A stretch of DNA of 63,109 nt, counting the filler, from Asterionella formosa (Eukaryota): assembly GCA_002256025.1 (NCBI GenBank). It is 23 parts of 23 records of this genome, joined end to end, with 100 filler letters (N's around TTAATTAATTAA, not from the genome) between each part and the next. Parts side by side here need not be neighbours in the genome. Positions count along the whole stretch, not along the records: positions 1 to 18,438 come from NKIB01004040.1; positions 18,539 to 19,687 come from NKIB01004043.1; positions 19,788 to 20,936 come from NKIB01004044.1; positions 21,037 to 22,185 come from NKIB01004045.1; positions 22,286 to 23,434 come from NKIB01004046.1; positions 23,535 to 24,683 come from NKIB01004047.1; positions 24,784 to 25,931 come from NKIB01004048.1; 16 more parts are not named here. The stretch is one strand, 5' to 3'. A program made the translations under genes and the position numbers. Of this stretch, positions 12,876 through 24,880 are shown piece by piece (within the stretch, counting starts at the first letter, position 1; every line of letters starts with the position of its first letter). The notes beneath the pieces were generated by a model. The model was not told where the DNA came from and did not search any database. It saw nothing but the letters and a program-made list of their open reading frames with translations.

Positions 12876-13867
12876 TAAAAAATTTATCCATTTGTTTGCC
12901 TCCAAAGAGACTTGTCGCATTGAAGTCGACATACAAAGCTCTATGATCTGCATGAATATTTGAGTAAAATAATAAGATTCCTACACGTTCAACTCCTGTG
13001 CTGCAGTGACTACTTCCGAGTATATTGTCAATGGTTTTTGTAACCCTATTGTTTGTGACTGGACTTGTATCGTTGGAATGACGTGACTGTAGAAGATCCT
13101 CAAGTAAGCATTCCCTCAAAATGGATGCTTTGCCATTGTTGATCTTCCTATTTCCTCTACGCTTAACTATGGAAGCAAAGTCTTGTCGGCAGGTAGCACA
13201 ATTATTTCTTTCCTAAAAAAAGGGGAGGACAATGAGCTATTTATTATATTATATTATGATGACGACTTTTTTACTTGAGTAGTTTCATGAAAATCACAAT
13301 AGTTCGTACAATATATATAATTTTAAGTTTGCACCTAAAATCTACCAGACTACCTGAGATAATCATTGTAATCATGGAAATTTTTGCAAAGAGTTGACTT
13401 GTTGGAAATAAATGTTGAAGATTGAAAAATCAACCACAATTGATATTGATGAGGTATATTTGCAAAGAGTTGACTCGTTGGTAATAACTGTAGAAGATTT
13501 ATTTTTCACCATGTTGGCGTAATGCCAAATTGGTTGTCCAAGAGAGAATATCAAAAAGCTTGGTCCTTGCCTATTTCTGTCCTTCAAAAAATTGATATAT
13601 TACCATTAGATTAATAATAGCTATTCTCGAATTCTATTACTGTTTCAACAATGGGGTGGTTGTTTTGCTTAAATAATTATTTTCTAGTATATGACTGAAA
13701 TCATATTCCTGAAAATTCTGAAACTCTGGGATATGTCTGGGATCACATTCCTGAAACTTTGGTTTGCTCTATACATGTCTGGCACATTGATAGACTCGAT
13801 ACGTACAAAGTTTTTCCGTATTTGATATTTATAGCAATTTCTTACTTGTCAATGTCTAGAGTCACGG

Positions 13868-14080
13868 TCATAGCGCTTCATGGCCCATAAAAGTTTGTAG
13901 GGTGGGTGTTCATTTCCTCATTGTATATATTAGGCTTTAAAAATTGTGTTTGTATTGTTCGTTGATTTGGTACTGTCATAGCGCTTCATGGCCCATATAA
14001 GTTTGTACGTTGGGTGTTCATTTCCTCATAGGATATTAGGCTTTAAAAATTGTGTTTGTATTGTTCTTTGATTTGGTACT
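13868..14080 (+). repeat. ~108-bp imperfect tandem duplication
   Basis: GTCATAGCGCTTCATGGCCCAT...TGATTTGGTACT occurs twice in succession. Confidence 0.8.
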
Positions 14081-14704
14081 CTAGACTGCACTGTTGATGT
14101 TAGCCAGAGCAATGGATAGTGAATGTAGATTGTGTCAAATCTTTCTGTTTCGGTCTCACTTTATGAATTTTGTCTTACTTGCCGTAAAGGAGGATCCGGA
14201 TAGGGCAAGCATAGCAAAAACTTAACCGATCAAAACAAAAATTTGGCTAAGTAAACATTTTCTTTCCTTCTCCAATTATATGGGCCGGGTTTTTCATCTT
14301 GCCCCTATATCAAGGAAACATTGTTTCACAACACCGACAGGACTAAGAGAGGAGTCAAAGAATTTGTAGAAGCAATGACGCGCGACGGAAAGAACTAAGA
14401 AATCTACAAAAAATTGAACACGCAAATTTCGGTGGCTGATTTTTTACTAAAGGAATAAAAAACGTTCACCTCGCCACTCTGGGCGCATCTTGGCACTTCA
14501 ACGAGGTTGCGCTCAACAACAGAAAAATTATTGTTCATGGGGCATGCAAAAATGGTTCTGTCAACCCACAGAATGGTCCTAAAATCATCAAGTCTTGGTC
14601 AGGCTTCGACAAAATTGCCTAATATATATTTATTATAACAAGTTTGCTGCGACATTGGCATCATGTAGAAGAGAAGGTTATATATTAAAATAACTCACAG
14701 TTTT

Positions 14705-14817
14705 GCTGCTGAGATTCTTCTGGGGGCATTGGGAAAGGATTTTCCGACATGCTTTTTTTTACTTACATTAAAGATAATAATAATAATATCCTGAGGTGGA
14801 AGGGGGCGTGCTGCTAC

Positions 14818-14848
<31 letters not shown>

Positions 14849-14921
14849 TCCTGAGGTGGAAGGCTGCTGAGAAATCTTCTGGGGGCATTCTGGGGCAAAC
14901 TGGGAAAGGATTTTCCGACAT
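14705..14921 (+). repeat. Nested direct repeats around (AAT)n microsatellites
   Basis: GCTGCTGAGA..TTCTGGGGGCATT..GGGAAAGGATTTTCCGACAT occurs twice. (AAT)n-ATCCTGAGGTGGAAGG also occurs twice. Confidence 0.75.
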
Positions 14922-15779
14922 TTATTATGTATGGAGAAAGAGCAAAAGCTCAGCAGAGAAATCTCGACCCAACTAGGTTTTAATTTAATGATAATTTTAT
15001 TCTTCAAAACAGGAACGAATGTCAAGAAAACACCATTGATCCACGACAACGGCCTTGAAGCAAACAAAAAAGTAAGCAAAGTTTTTTTAAATATCTTGAC
15101 GCAAAATGACTTCAAAGACTTTAAGTTGTAAGACGCAATGACTTCAAAGACCCAGCGGAATTTCATTTGTCAAAGATTTGAATGAGGTTGCTGATTTTCT
15201 GTCAATATGACATCATGTAAGTATGACGACACCCCCCTTACTTCTTAGCCTGGGTTTTTATAGGCACGCGTTCTTTCTCCTATCTCTACACGTGAAATTA
15301 TATGCTTTTTTCCCTGGTACATGCCAAAAGGCGACCTCAGTGGGCAGCTCGAAAAAGGGATAAAGGAGATCCGAAAATCCCATTTTTTAGGAGCTCCGAA
15401 AATCCCATAAATAAATATCTAGGGCCATAACGTCCAAACTTTCGCAATCAATTCTGCCATGAGTGGCTCAGTGCGCAAACTTCATGCCACCGCCACTCAT
15501 GAACACAGCTAAGTGTTTCAGAGTTTCTGGTTCGTCCATACCACAAAATGAACACTTCCTCAATCAATATATATATATATATATACTCGGATATATAAAT
15601 CATATATATTATTATATATGAAGCATTCATTCGCTTCCACCCCCACCAAGGTGGGGACAGTACAAAAGCCCCAATCTGACACCGAACTATCACAGCCAGT
15701 CCCTGCTTGGTCTTTGGGACTTTCCCCCCACACAAAAAAGTGCGAGTGGACGCTTGTCAAATCCGGCTCCCTCATCGGA

Positions 15780-16212
15780 TCTAATAAAAGTTAAATAAAA
15801 GTTGTGTAGAATAAAATGATGTCAAGAATGCACCAATAGATCCCAAATAATAGTTAAAATAACTAATTGAAGTATAAGATAAGCAGCCTCTAAAATTTCA
15901 AATCCTTTGAATACTACCAAAAAAGGGAAGCCTACTAAATTTTTAGCTAAAGAACCAACAACCATCATAGAATAAGTAAATTGTATTAATGGTTTTAAAC
16001 CACCCATTTTTCTAATGTCTTGTTCATCGGACACTGAATGAATAACAGACCCAGCACCCAAAAAAGTAAAGCTTAAAAAAATGCATGGTTTGCTAAATGT
16101 AAAATACCTACAGAATAATTTGAAAGCCCACAAGCAAAAATCATATAACCTAAAATTGACTGCAGGTTGAATAAGTGATAATCTTTTTAAAATCATTTTG
16201 AACTAAACCTAT
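15780..16212 (-). pseudogene. nad5: Nuclear mitochondrial insertion (NUMT): internal fragment of nad5
   Basis: Across frameshifts it reads [87 protein letters not shown]. These are diagnostic NADH dehydrogenase subunit 5 motifs in an AT-rich organellar composition. Confidence 0.92.
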
Positions 16213-16636
16213 CCACCCTGTGCGGGCCCCCAACAGACAAGTCAAGTTCCGCCGGATCCCACACTCTCTCTCCAAAATGAATGCTTTCACTACCTCAGCC
16301 AGGCAGTGCCTTTGGTTCCAGGCTCCTGCCATCCAGCACCCAAGTATCTCTCCACAATAGACACTGGTGCATGGGGGAGCGCATAGCGTTTCAGCCAGCA
16401 CGGTACCCCCCAGCACCATGTCCACTTCTAAGGCTTCGGAATGGTCTGAGGACCAAATTCCTGAAGCCACTGATGCCTTGGCATAAGCTCTGGCCAATCG
16501 GGCACCAGCCAAGGCACACATTGGCAACATCCATGCCTCCTTCCAAAGGCCTACTGATGACACATCCCCTGCCCTCCTAGCTCCAATGCTAGCCCGAAGG
16601 CATCGGTTCAGAAGAACCTGCATTTTGTCTGTGAGG
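16213..16636 (-). mobile_element. Probable non-LTR retrotransposon (LINE) ORF2 fragment, post-RT region
   Basis: Abrupt GC-rich island. Translation MQVLLNRCLRASIG..VSSVGLWKE..LPMCALAGARLARAYAK resembles the thumb/post-RT region of LINE ORF2. Composition is similar to the APE fragment at 47016-47815. Confidence 0.45.
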
Positions 16637-16769
16637 TTAATTCATGCCATACAGCTCAGCCCCGAAAAGGAGGCGGCAGGCAACTACTATGCGACAGTCA
16701 GCAAACGCATGGCGTTCTACTACTACAACTATAAAAAGGGTTGGGCGGGCATTGCAGGCAAGGTTGACA

Positions 16770-17817
16770 TTTTTTTTCGGCATTAAAATTGCCGATTTTA
16801 GCATGACAGCCAGAATAACGGTAAAATACATACATAAAAGGGTAACAACAAGCGTAAAAACACATGAGAATGATTGTGACATGCAACATCAAGTAGAAAT
16901 GAAATAAAAATAGGAGTTTTCATTGGAACGTATGCATTGTAGCACTTACTTACACAGGCAACAATGACTTTCCATCACACCATCGAAGAGCAAAACAAAA
17001 CAGAAAAGAGGAAAAAAGCCAACCCAATTGAAATCTGCATCGTGAAGAAGCGTAGATGATCTGGTTGCTGCAACCATTCACATCGCTGTAGTAGCCTGAC
17101 CCAAGCTGCTTGCTTGCAGTCCTTCCGCCCACAGTCGTTCTTCCTCCCACAAAACAACCCTGATCATTATTCCATTCTGAGCGAGCGTGATCGCCAGGCT
17201 GCTCCAGCACTATCGATTCCCTCTAGCTGAATAATTATGTAGCTTGTGATACGAACTTGTAGTAGAAAGGTGCGTAGCAAAGCGCGTTAGTACAAGAAAA
17301 GCATTGCTTGGCGGCAATATTGACGTCATTCATTGACTATACAAATCAACAAATAAGATCAACAACAGCACAATACCCCATCTTCAAAGAGTAGTCATTG
17401 ATACATACATATGCACTTGTGTAGATATTCAATCGAATCAAAACGACAGCACCGAAAAATAGAAGCGATCAAAACAGACCATGGAAGCAATCAAATCGGA
17501 AATTCGACAATCGTATCTAAGATGATCACAGTCAGTGTTTGACTGTTGTTGTACTCACCAGTCCGCTCTAACAAGCGTAACATGCAGCAGACAATGGGCT
17601 CATAATAAAGTTGAAAGTTCCTGTTGCAAGCCCAAATTGAACAACAACAGGTAGGATAGAGTGAGAAATATAATTGTGAGGACGAAATCGGGCATACAGT
17701 ACATAAAATCAATCACTATGTGAACGATATAATTTAACATTCTGGTTTCGTAAAAATAATACCGAGTCTACAGAGATAATATTATAACGTCAAAGTAAGC
17801 GTTAAAGTTTAGCTTAA
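16770..17817 (+). mobile_element. Non-coding interspersed repeat family R1, longest copy (likely non-autonomous DNA TE)
   Basis: Homologous segments lie at 18200-18363, 20155-20936, 52005-52398, 57378-58131 and, inverted, 53003-53113. Copies at 17817 and 52398 both end at AGCTTAA. No long ORF. Confidence 0.75.
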
Positions 17818-18010
17818 GGTTGCGGCCCCGCAGTTACACATCAAAATAATTTTATTATGTACTTTTCAATCCACACAGTATGAGCAACGACATAAAATTG
17901 TTAAAGGTAAAATTAGCTTTCACCAAATACAACCACTTTGCATATGCTTAGATACAGTCATGAGTCGACTTAGGGGTATGATCTATATACAGATGTGGTA
18001 AGGACCTCAT

Positions 18011-18131
18011 TTCTGGAGAGAAGTGGCAGTTATCCCTCTTGGAATCGTAGCTATCCAAAAAATAGTCTAAAGAGGGGGCCATCAAGCTTTTAAAAAAATC
18101 TACGAGGGATAACTCCCACTTCTTTGCAGAA
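18011..18131. repeat. Imperfect 28-bp inverted repeat with ~65-nt spacer
   Basis: TTCTGGAGAGAAGTGGCAGTTATCCCTC (18011-18038) vs GAGGGATAACTCCCACTTCTTTGCAGAA (18104-18131), with 3 mismatches. Confidence 0.75.
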
Positions 18132-18438
18132 GTTAACTCCTGACGTTATAGGGTACACGGCTATCTATTTCATTCTTCATGAAACCCCGTAGATGTAGAG
18201 CAATTCCCGCTCCAGCTATCGTCTTGCCATTCGGGTACTTCTAAGTAATTTTTAGTCTCTAAGTAATTTCTTAAGTAATTTTTATTGAAGGGCAATATGG
18301 GGCACATCGAATTTTCGGCAATAAAATTGCCGATTTTAGCATGACAACCAGAATAACGGTAAATGTTGGTTTTTTCAATTGGTCAAAGAACATCATGGAG
18401 AAGAGAAAATTTCGGACCATTGAAAAAATCACGCAAAA

Positions 18439-18538
18439 NNNNNNNNNNNNNNNNNNNNNNNNNNNNNNNNNNNNNNNNNNNNTTAATTAATTAANNNNNN
18501 NNNNNNNNNNNNNNNNNNNNNNNNNNNNNNNNNNNNNN
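18439..18538. other. Artificial contig-joining spacer N44-TTAATTAATTAA-N44 (first of 22 identical spacers)
   Basis: Identical 100-nt spacer with stops in all six frames. Others start at 19688, 20937, 22186, 23435, 24684, 25932, 27180, 28428, 46916, 48164, 49411, 50658, 51905, 53151, 54397, 55642, 56887, 58132, 59377, 60622 and 61866. Confidence 0.98.
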
Positions 18539-19879
18539 TTCTGTCATGTTAACAAACAATGCCTGCTTCATGAAAAGAAATATCGTAGTAAAGCACATGA
18601 CAAGAAAGGAAAGTTTACGCAATAACGAAAAACATTGTGGCTTCGACAAATTGCGTCTTCGAAGGATGGAGTAGCTATGTTTAAGGTAATGAAGCCATCA
18701 ATGTGGTACTTGGATGAAAATCTTTGGGAGGCAGGACAACAACAAATTGTAAACTAAATGCACATTTCCTTTTTTCTCAGTTGATTCAACAGCTCGTTTC
18801 GCTTGTTGGGGAGCACCAATGTAAAACAAAACAAAATTGGTAAGTGCTCTTGTCGTTGGACCTAGTATTAACTTCTGATGGAACATAACTGACGGACACG
18901 CCACTTTACCTTCTCTCAAAGTTAAGCTAGCGAAAATAAATCGGTAGGTTTTATTCGACAACATTGGAAACCTGAAACTTACTTATTCAAGAATTTACTG
19001 ACAATTTACTTTAACAGATTTATGCATCACTTGCTTTGATTTGGCTGTGGTAAGTGAAGCAAGTAATAGGATACGATGGAATGGCGTGATTTTGTGTCAG
19101 TGTAACATGTCTAGCTAACAAGTCATTCCTTCTCTTCTCATTGTTACTGTAAATGCATAGGACAATAAAACCGATCAAACAATGGAATAGTCGGCAAGTT
19201 CAGAATGACACTAACAGCAGGGAGAGAGACGCAACATTAGTAAGGCATTGCTTGGCACAAGATTCAGAAAAGAGGAAGAAAAGGACGAGACAGGAATATA
19301 CATTGAGACAAGTGGAGAGGAGGAGAGAAACATTCCTTGGGTAGCTGTCGAAACAGATATATCATTGTTAAATTTGTTAATTAAATTATGATCCATTTCA
19401 ATCTATTTTGAACAATGCTTATGATTAGAATTATGATCATGTTTAAGATAGATTTACAATGAAACAATTCACATGATAGCAAAGAGTTGAGCTGATTTTA
19501 GGATGCGTTGTAGTAATAATTTACATCTGGCAATCACAAGAATTGAAAATAATATGATAAGGTTTATGATATTGATGAGAAATGTTGTTGATCAGTTGAT
19601 ATACATTGTGTGATGATAATGTTCTTATTATCATTATACTTCAAGGTTGGTAAAATATTAATAAATCATCATAGTTACAGGATACCTNNNNNNNNNNNNN
19701 NNNNNNNNNNNNNNNNNNNNNNNNNNNNNNNTTAATTAATTAANNNNNNNNNNNNNNNNNNNNNNNNNNNNNNNNNNNNNNNNNNNNTCAAAGTCCACCC
19801 ACGGCTGCTCTTCCGACAGAGAATTCGCGTTCTTCTCTAGGCATGTCGTTGATCATGTAATCAATGGGATCAAAGTTGT

Positions 19880-20154
19880 TGACAACAAGACAGCAGCATC
19901 GCTCAAATTGCGGGAAAAACTAACTAATTCCCAAATAGGAATGATAATATTTCATTTATAAAAGTAGTCTAATAGAAATATTTTACTTTTTTTATAATGG
20001 TTTTGTCATCCTACGTCACAGTAGATGGGTGGTTGACAGCATTTAGGATTTCCCAAAAACCGATAGCATCGTTTTTTCGTCAGTTGACCAAAACCAAAAC
20101 CAATCCAAAAAAAAGTTTTTGGGTTTTCGTTTTGGTCCACCGTTAGCAACGGCC
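19880..20154. mobile_element. Terminus of a PIF/Harbinger-like DNA transposon
   Basis: ~275 bp nearly identical to 58583-58854. Both end ...GTTAGCAACGGCC, followed by TAA here and TTA there, consistent with a GGCC-starting TIR and a TWA target site. Confidence 0.6.
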
Positions 20155-20936
20155 TAATATGCATAGAATTGGTACAACAAGCGTAAAACACACGAGAATG
20201 ATTGTAACATGCAACATCAATGAAAATTGAACATGATGTTTGGAGCAACCAAAGTATGAAATGCGATGTAATAAGTAGCATCAAATGAGAAATAGAAAAA
20301 ATTGTTTTGGGTTAGAAATGAAATTAAAAAATAATAGTTCCAATGGAGACGTATGCATTGTGAATCATTGTAGTACTTCCACAGGCCACATTGACTTTCC
20401 ATCAACACAAAATCGAAGACCGAAAGAAGAATAAAAAAAGCTGAACCCAATTTAGACCTGCATCGTTATCTAGCGTAAATTTTCGGGTTGCTGCAACCAT
20501 GCGCATCGCTCTAGTAGCAGCCTGACACCAGTAGCAGTATTTCCGCCACAGTCATTCCTCTCTGCCCACCAAACAAGCAACCCTGATCATTCCATTCTGA
20601 GCAAGCATGATCGCCACGCTGCTCCAGCACTATTGACTCTCTGTAGCTGAGTATTCATGTAGCTTCTGATACGAACTTGTAGTAGAAATGTAGCAAAGCG
20701 TGTTAGTACAAGAAAAGCATTGCTTGGTGGCAATATTGACATGATTGTCAATGACTATTCAAATCAACAAATACGATCAACAACGGCACAATACCACATC
20801 TTCAATGAGTAGTCATTGATAAATGCATTGGTTCTTATGTAGATATGTACAATTGAAACAAAACGACAGTGCGTAACAACAAACAACGATGGAAGCAATC
20901 AAAACAAACCACGGAAGCAATCAAATCGGAAAGTCG
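20155..20936 (+). mobile_element. Repeat family R1 copy
   Basis: Colinear similarity to 16822-17507 and 57714-58131. Confidence 0.75.
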
Positions 20937-21036
20937 NNNNNNNNNNNNNNNNNNNNNNNNNNNNNNNNNNNNNNNNNNNNTTAATTAATTAANNNNNNNN
21001 NNNNNNNNNNNNNNNNNNNNNNNNNNNNNNNNNNNN

Positions 21037-22185
21037 TTGCTTCTAGCTTCATTGCGCTAGTGTTGTCACGGTAAATGACATTCGTAGTCACCTTGTGTCC
21101 TTGTGCTTCAATAAATAATTTCGTCCACAACACCTTTGATATGATGTCATCGACACCAACCAATTCTGCTTCAGTCGAACTTCTAGTGTTCACTTTCTGT
21201 TTCGTGGACATAGAACAGATAATTCCGTTTCCAAGTGACATTGTAGCTCCTGTGTGACTTTTAAAATCTTTGTGCACTGCAAACGCCGCATCAACGTACC
21301 ATTTAATGCTCTGAGTGTCATCAGCACTCATAGTTGCAACCTCGTTCTGAGTTGCTTTCAAGAAATTCATGATCTTGACTAATTTTGCCCAATCACCTTC
21401 ATTCGGTTCGATAGTTCGGGTTGCCAGAAATGCAATTCCTGGTTGAATGTCCTGTCTTCCTCGCTTACATAGGAACATTCCTTTCATAACAAAAGTATGA
21501 AATATTTTTGCTTTTTCATATTCAAGCTTCTTTGATTTAATATCAACTGTGAACAATTTATCTGTCCATGGAAATTTTCCGACACCTTCAAGTTTATCCG
21601 GAAAATCATTAATCATTGATTTCACATATTTGGTCATGTCCACCCTCAACACTCCTGGAATAGAGTAATCTAGCGTCATAGCCAAATAATCATGCTTCTT
21701 TCCACGCATGACCTTGACTTCACCAATTTCGTCAGAAGCGTATTTCTTTTTGAGCCATTCCAAAAATTGATCATTCACTTTGCTGTCCACGTGACTTGAT
21801 TTCAAATCGTCTACGTGCCAAGTAACTGTGTGCTGTTTGCCATTAACAATGCGATTTGCAACACATGGATCATATGGGTTTACCTTGAATCCAATTGACT
21901 CAATATCCTTCCGAAATTTCTTGTAATATAATAATGATGACTGTAACATGCCATATAATGCCTTGATCATCCTAACATATAGGACCTTGTTGTTCCCTTC
22001 ATAAACAACATAATTTTCATAAGTCTCGGGGCTGAGTTCTGTCAACATATTGACAAGCAAACCTCTAATCTTCATAATGATTCGTTCCCCTTTTTCTTTC
22101 TCATCGATATCCACTTGCACAAATGCATTGGGTATATCTGCAGTCATAACATCGCGATTTTGCTTCGCATCAATTGTTGCTGTTA
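21037..22185 (-). mobile_element. Ty1/Copia (CoDi-type) pol fragment: RT and RNase H, open frame
   Basis: Motifs TADIPNAFVQ, KALYGMLQSS, NPYDPCVAN, WHVDDLKSSH, WYVDAAFAVH, SSTEAELVGVDD, YRDNTSA. The ORF is uninterrupted across the contig. Confidence 0.95.
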
Positions 22186-23534
22186 NNNNNNNNNNNNNNN
22201 NNNNNNNNNNNNNNNNNNNNNNNNNNNNNTTAATTAATTAANNNNNNNNNNNNNNNNNNNNNNNNNNNNNNNNNNNNNNNNNNNNAACTTGAGAGGACAT
22301 CAACAATATTAATTCTAATTGGACTCTTTTTGAATTCAAAGTGAAGTATCTAACTAGAAGTAGTAGTATTTGTTGAATATATGAGCTTATTTGTTAATCC
22401 TTGTGTGTAACTCGTTCTCCAAGTCGACACCAAAGTATACAATGAGGGTTAGTCGAGTTCTCTCATTATTGAGTTCTTATTCATATATGATATAACACTA
22501 ACCCTATATGCATCTGTATTGATGCGCAAGATCGCTCAGCTTGTACCCCTGGTAGCTATTTACTAACAACCATATACTGACATGAAGTCAATTGTTCCAG
22601 GGTGGTATCTGGTAGTCTGGTACTGTACCAGCTAACATTATGAATCGGTATTTGATACCGGTATGCATAAAGGGAGTTCCGGGAAAGTCCGAATATTGCG
22701 AATATTTGTCCGAAGATGCAGACCGGGTACGCTATATACCGGTAATCAAACAAAATAACTGTACATTGTATAAATACAGTATATAGGAGTATACCCGAAG
22801 TTTATATTGTTTTATGATATTGTGTACATGTATTATGCCTTGTATCGGTACCTGGTACAAGGTACGAGGTGTTAAATTCTTCTGCAGTTTGACTGCAATG
22901 CTAGCTCTTTCTAGACAAGCTCAGTGTATTAAAACCTTCTGTTCTAATCCCACCTTATTGTGAGCTTATCTGATCTATCTTGTAATCGTTCACATGACCA
23001 ATTATTAAGGTTCTCTTCCCAAATTTGTATATAGATATTCATTGTGTTGTTAGACATTCAATTCTCAACTGACAACTCAACTCCACTCACTTAGTAGAAC
23101 AATCGTGAATATTCAATGCTATCTGCATTGCATATATACCTTTCCTTCATTGAAATATTGATTACTTAGAACATTCTCCATTCGAATATTTACCTTGGTT
23201 TGCTGATATAGTTCTTGGCAATCAATGCTGTTCAAATTCTCACAGCATTTCAATACGGGATTTTGGCTTGAATATTAGCTATTCAAGATTGATTAGTTCG
23301 ACTGAACTAATATGCACGCAGTACTAAATCTTGACATCCTCCCTGTTCCAGTTCCAACAATCCATTGTCCCATTGCAAATATCATATGCATGCGATTCAT
23401 GCACCTTCTGAGTTACATTCTTTGACAGCAGGTCNNNNNNNNNNNNNNNNNNNNNNNNNNNNNNNNNNNNNNNNNNNNTTAATTAATTAANNNNNNNNNN
23501 NNNNNNNNNNNNNNNNNNNNNNNNNNNNNNNNNN

Positions 23535-24683
23535 TGCAGTCACTGTTATCTTCCATGGACCAATGAAATCCACTGTGACTTCTGAGCATTGTAATAACAA
23601 TGCATTCCTTGGTGAAAGTTCACCAAAACCAAGCATCAGGTAATTTTGTACGTTTTGACATATTTCATATATGCTTGCAATATGTTCCACTCTTGCTTTT
23701 AATGGAGGATAGTAAAAATGTGTAGAAACTGTGGCATTTCATCTTGTCATACCCACATGAGCTAACAGCCATCTGATGATACCAATAAATAATAGGATTC
23801 GATAGTGATGTAGGAATAACAATACATCAAGTATCTCCTGGATTCTTCACAAAATACATTAAATGTATATGATGAAAATTGATAGAGGGAAAATTTAACG
23901 GATGTGTTTGGTTTGTTGATTGAGAATGAGATGAGTTGTTTGATTGAGAATCAATTGTATATCCAGCAATTGTCTATCATGTATTGAGTAATATTCCAGA
24001 GGATATTGAATATTGTCTGCCAAAATTGGATGATTGAGGGAACAGGTAAACAAAGGTTCATCATCTACTTCAATTGAGAAAGTAGAAATGGATGTTGATG
24101 CTGAAGATTTCGGTCCAATATCATCCCCCACCAAAGACTCAAGCCTCGGGAGGCGAGAGATAGAATCTGTAATATTTGACATCATCAGTACCCTTCATAT
24201 TGTGAAAAGTGAGAAGATATTCTTCAATATAAATCCTCCACCGGAGAACACGCTGAGTTTCTGTGTAGGGTAATAAAGATAAAAATATGATGTTCAGTGT
24301 GAACATGTAGAACCGCATTCAATGACATAGAGCGAAATTCTTTGAAAGTTTCTTAATTGAAAATCAGAAACATTAGCAAAAAATATGGAAAGGAAAATTA
24401 CGATCAGGATAACTCATGCGTGTATCTGCAACTAACAATGCTTTCATTGATGCAAAAGTTTGTTGATGTATGCATAGGTAACCATACAAATGGACTAGTT
24501 CCATTTCAATCCTGTTTTAAGTTTTGACGACCAAAATTTTGAAGTCGGTTGGAGGTTATCGATATCCAATGGAGTCAGTTTCTTCAATAGACCATTTCAT
24601 ATAGAATGGTGCTGGATGACTTCAGCCATAACAGCATATTTCCGTATCTGTATAGTTAGGAGCTTGAATGTTCCATGTGTAAA
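23535..24683 (-). mobile_element. Degenerate Ty3/Gypsy pol fragment (RT end, RNase H, integrase start)
   Basis: Across frameshifts it reads SYPDRNFPFHIF, ETFKEFRSM, TQRVLRWRIYIEEY..MKGTD, DSISRLP, GFGELSPR, EVTVDFIGPWKI. This is Gypsy RT-RH-IN order. Confidence 0.85.
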
Positions 24684-24809
24684 NNNNNNNNNNNNNNNNN
24701 NNNNNNNNNNNNNNNNNNNNNNNNNNNTTAATTAATTAANNNNNNNNNNNNNNNNNNNNNNNNNNNNNNNNNNNNNNNNNNNNGTGTGGGAACCCAACAA
24801 TTGCTTCTC

Positions 24810-24880
24810 AAAAAATTGCGGGAATCGAACCTCACAACCTTAGATGAAAGGCAACGTGCTAACCACTAAGCCATTCCCTA
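24810..24880 (-). pseudogene. tRNA-like Pol III unit (tRNA pseudogene or tRNA-derived SINE head; possible TTC/Glu origin)
   Basis: Minus strand has an A-box TGGCTTAGTGG and a B-box GGTTCGATTCCC at tRNA spacing, followed by T6. Anticodon and acceptor stems pair poorly. Confidence 0.55.

Noticed and set aside
16150..16623. 157-aa ORF as a novel gene
   Set aside because: Chance read-through from a LINE-like fragment into the nad5 NUMT, with no independent gene evidence.
18355..20160. R1 copy apparently split by one insertion with a TAA duplication (breaks at ~18363, resumes at 20155)
   Set aside because: The halves lie on different contigs separated by two artificial spacers, and the left junction lacks the GGCC terminus. 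Cannot be treated as one locus.
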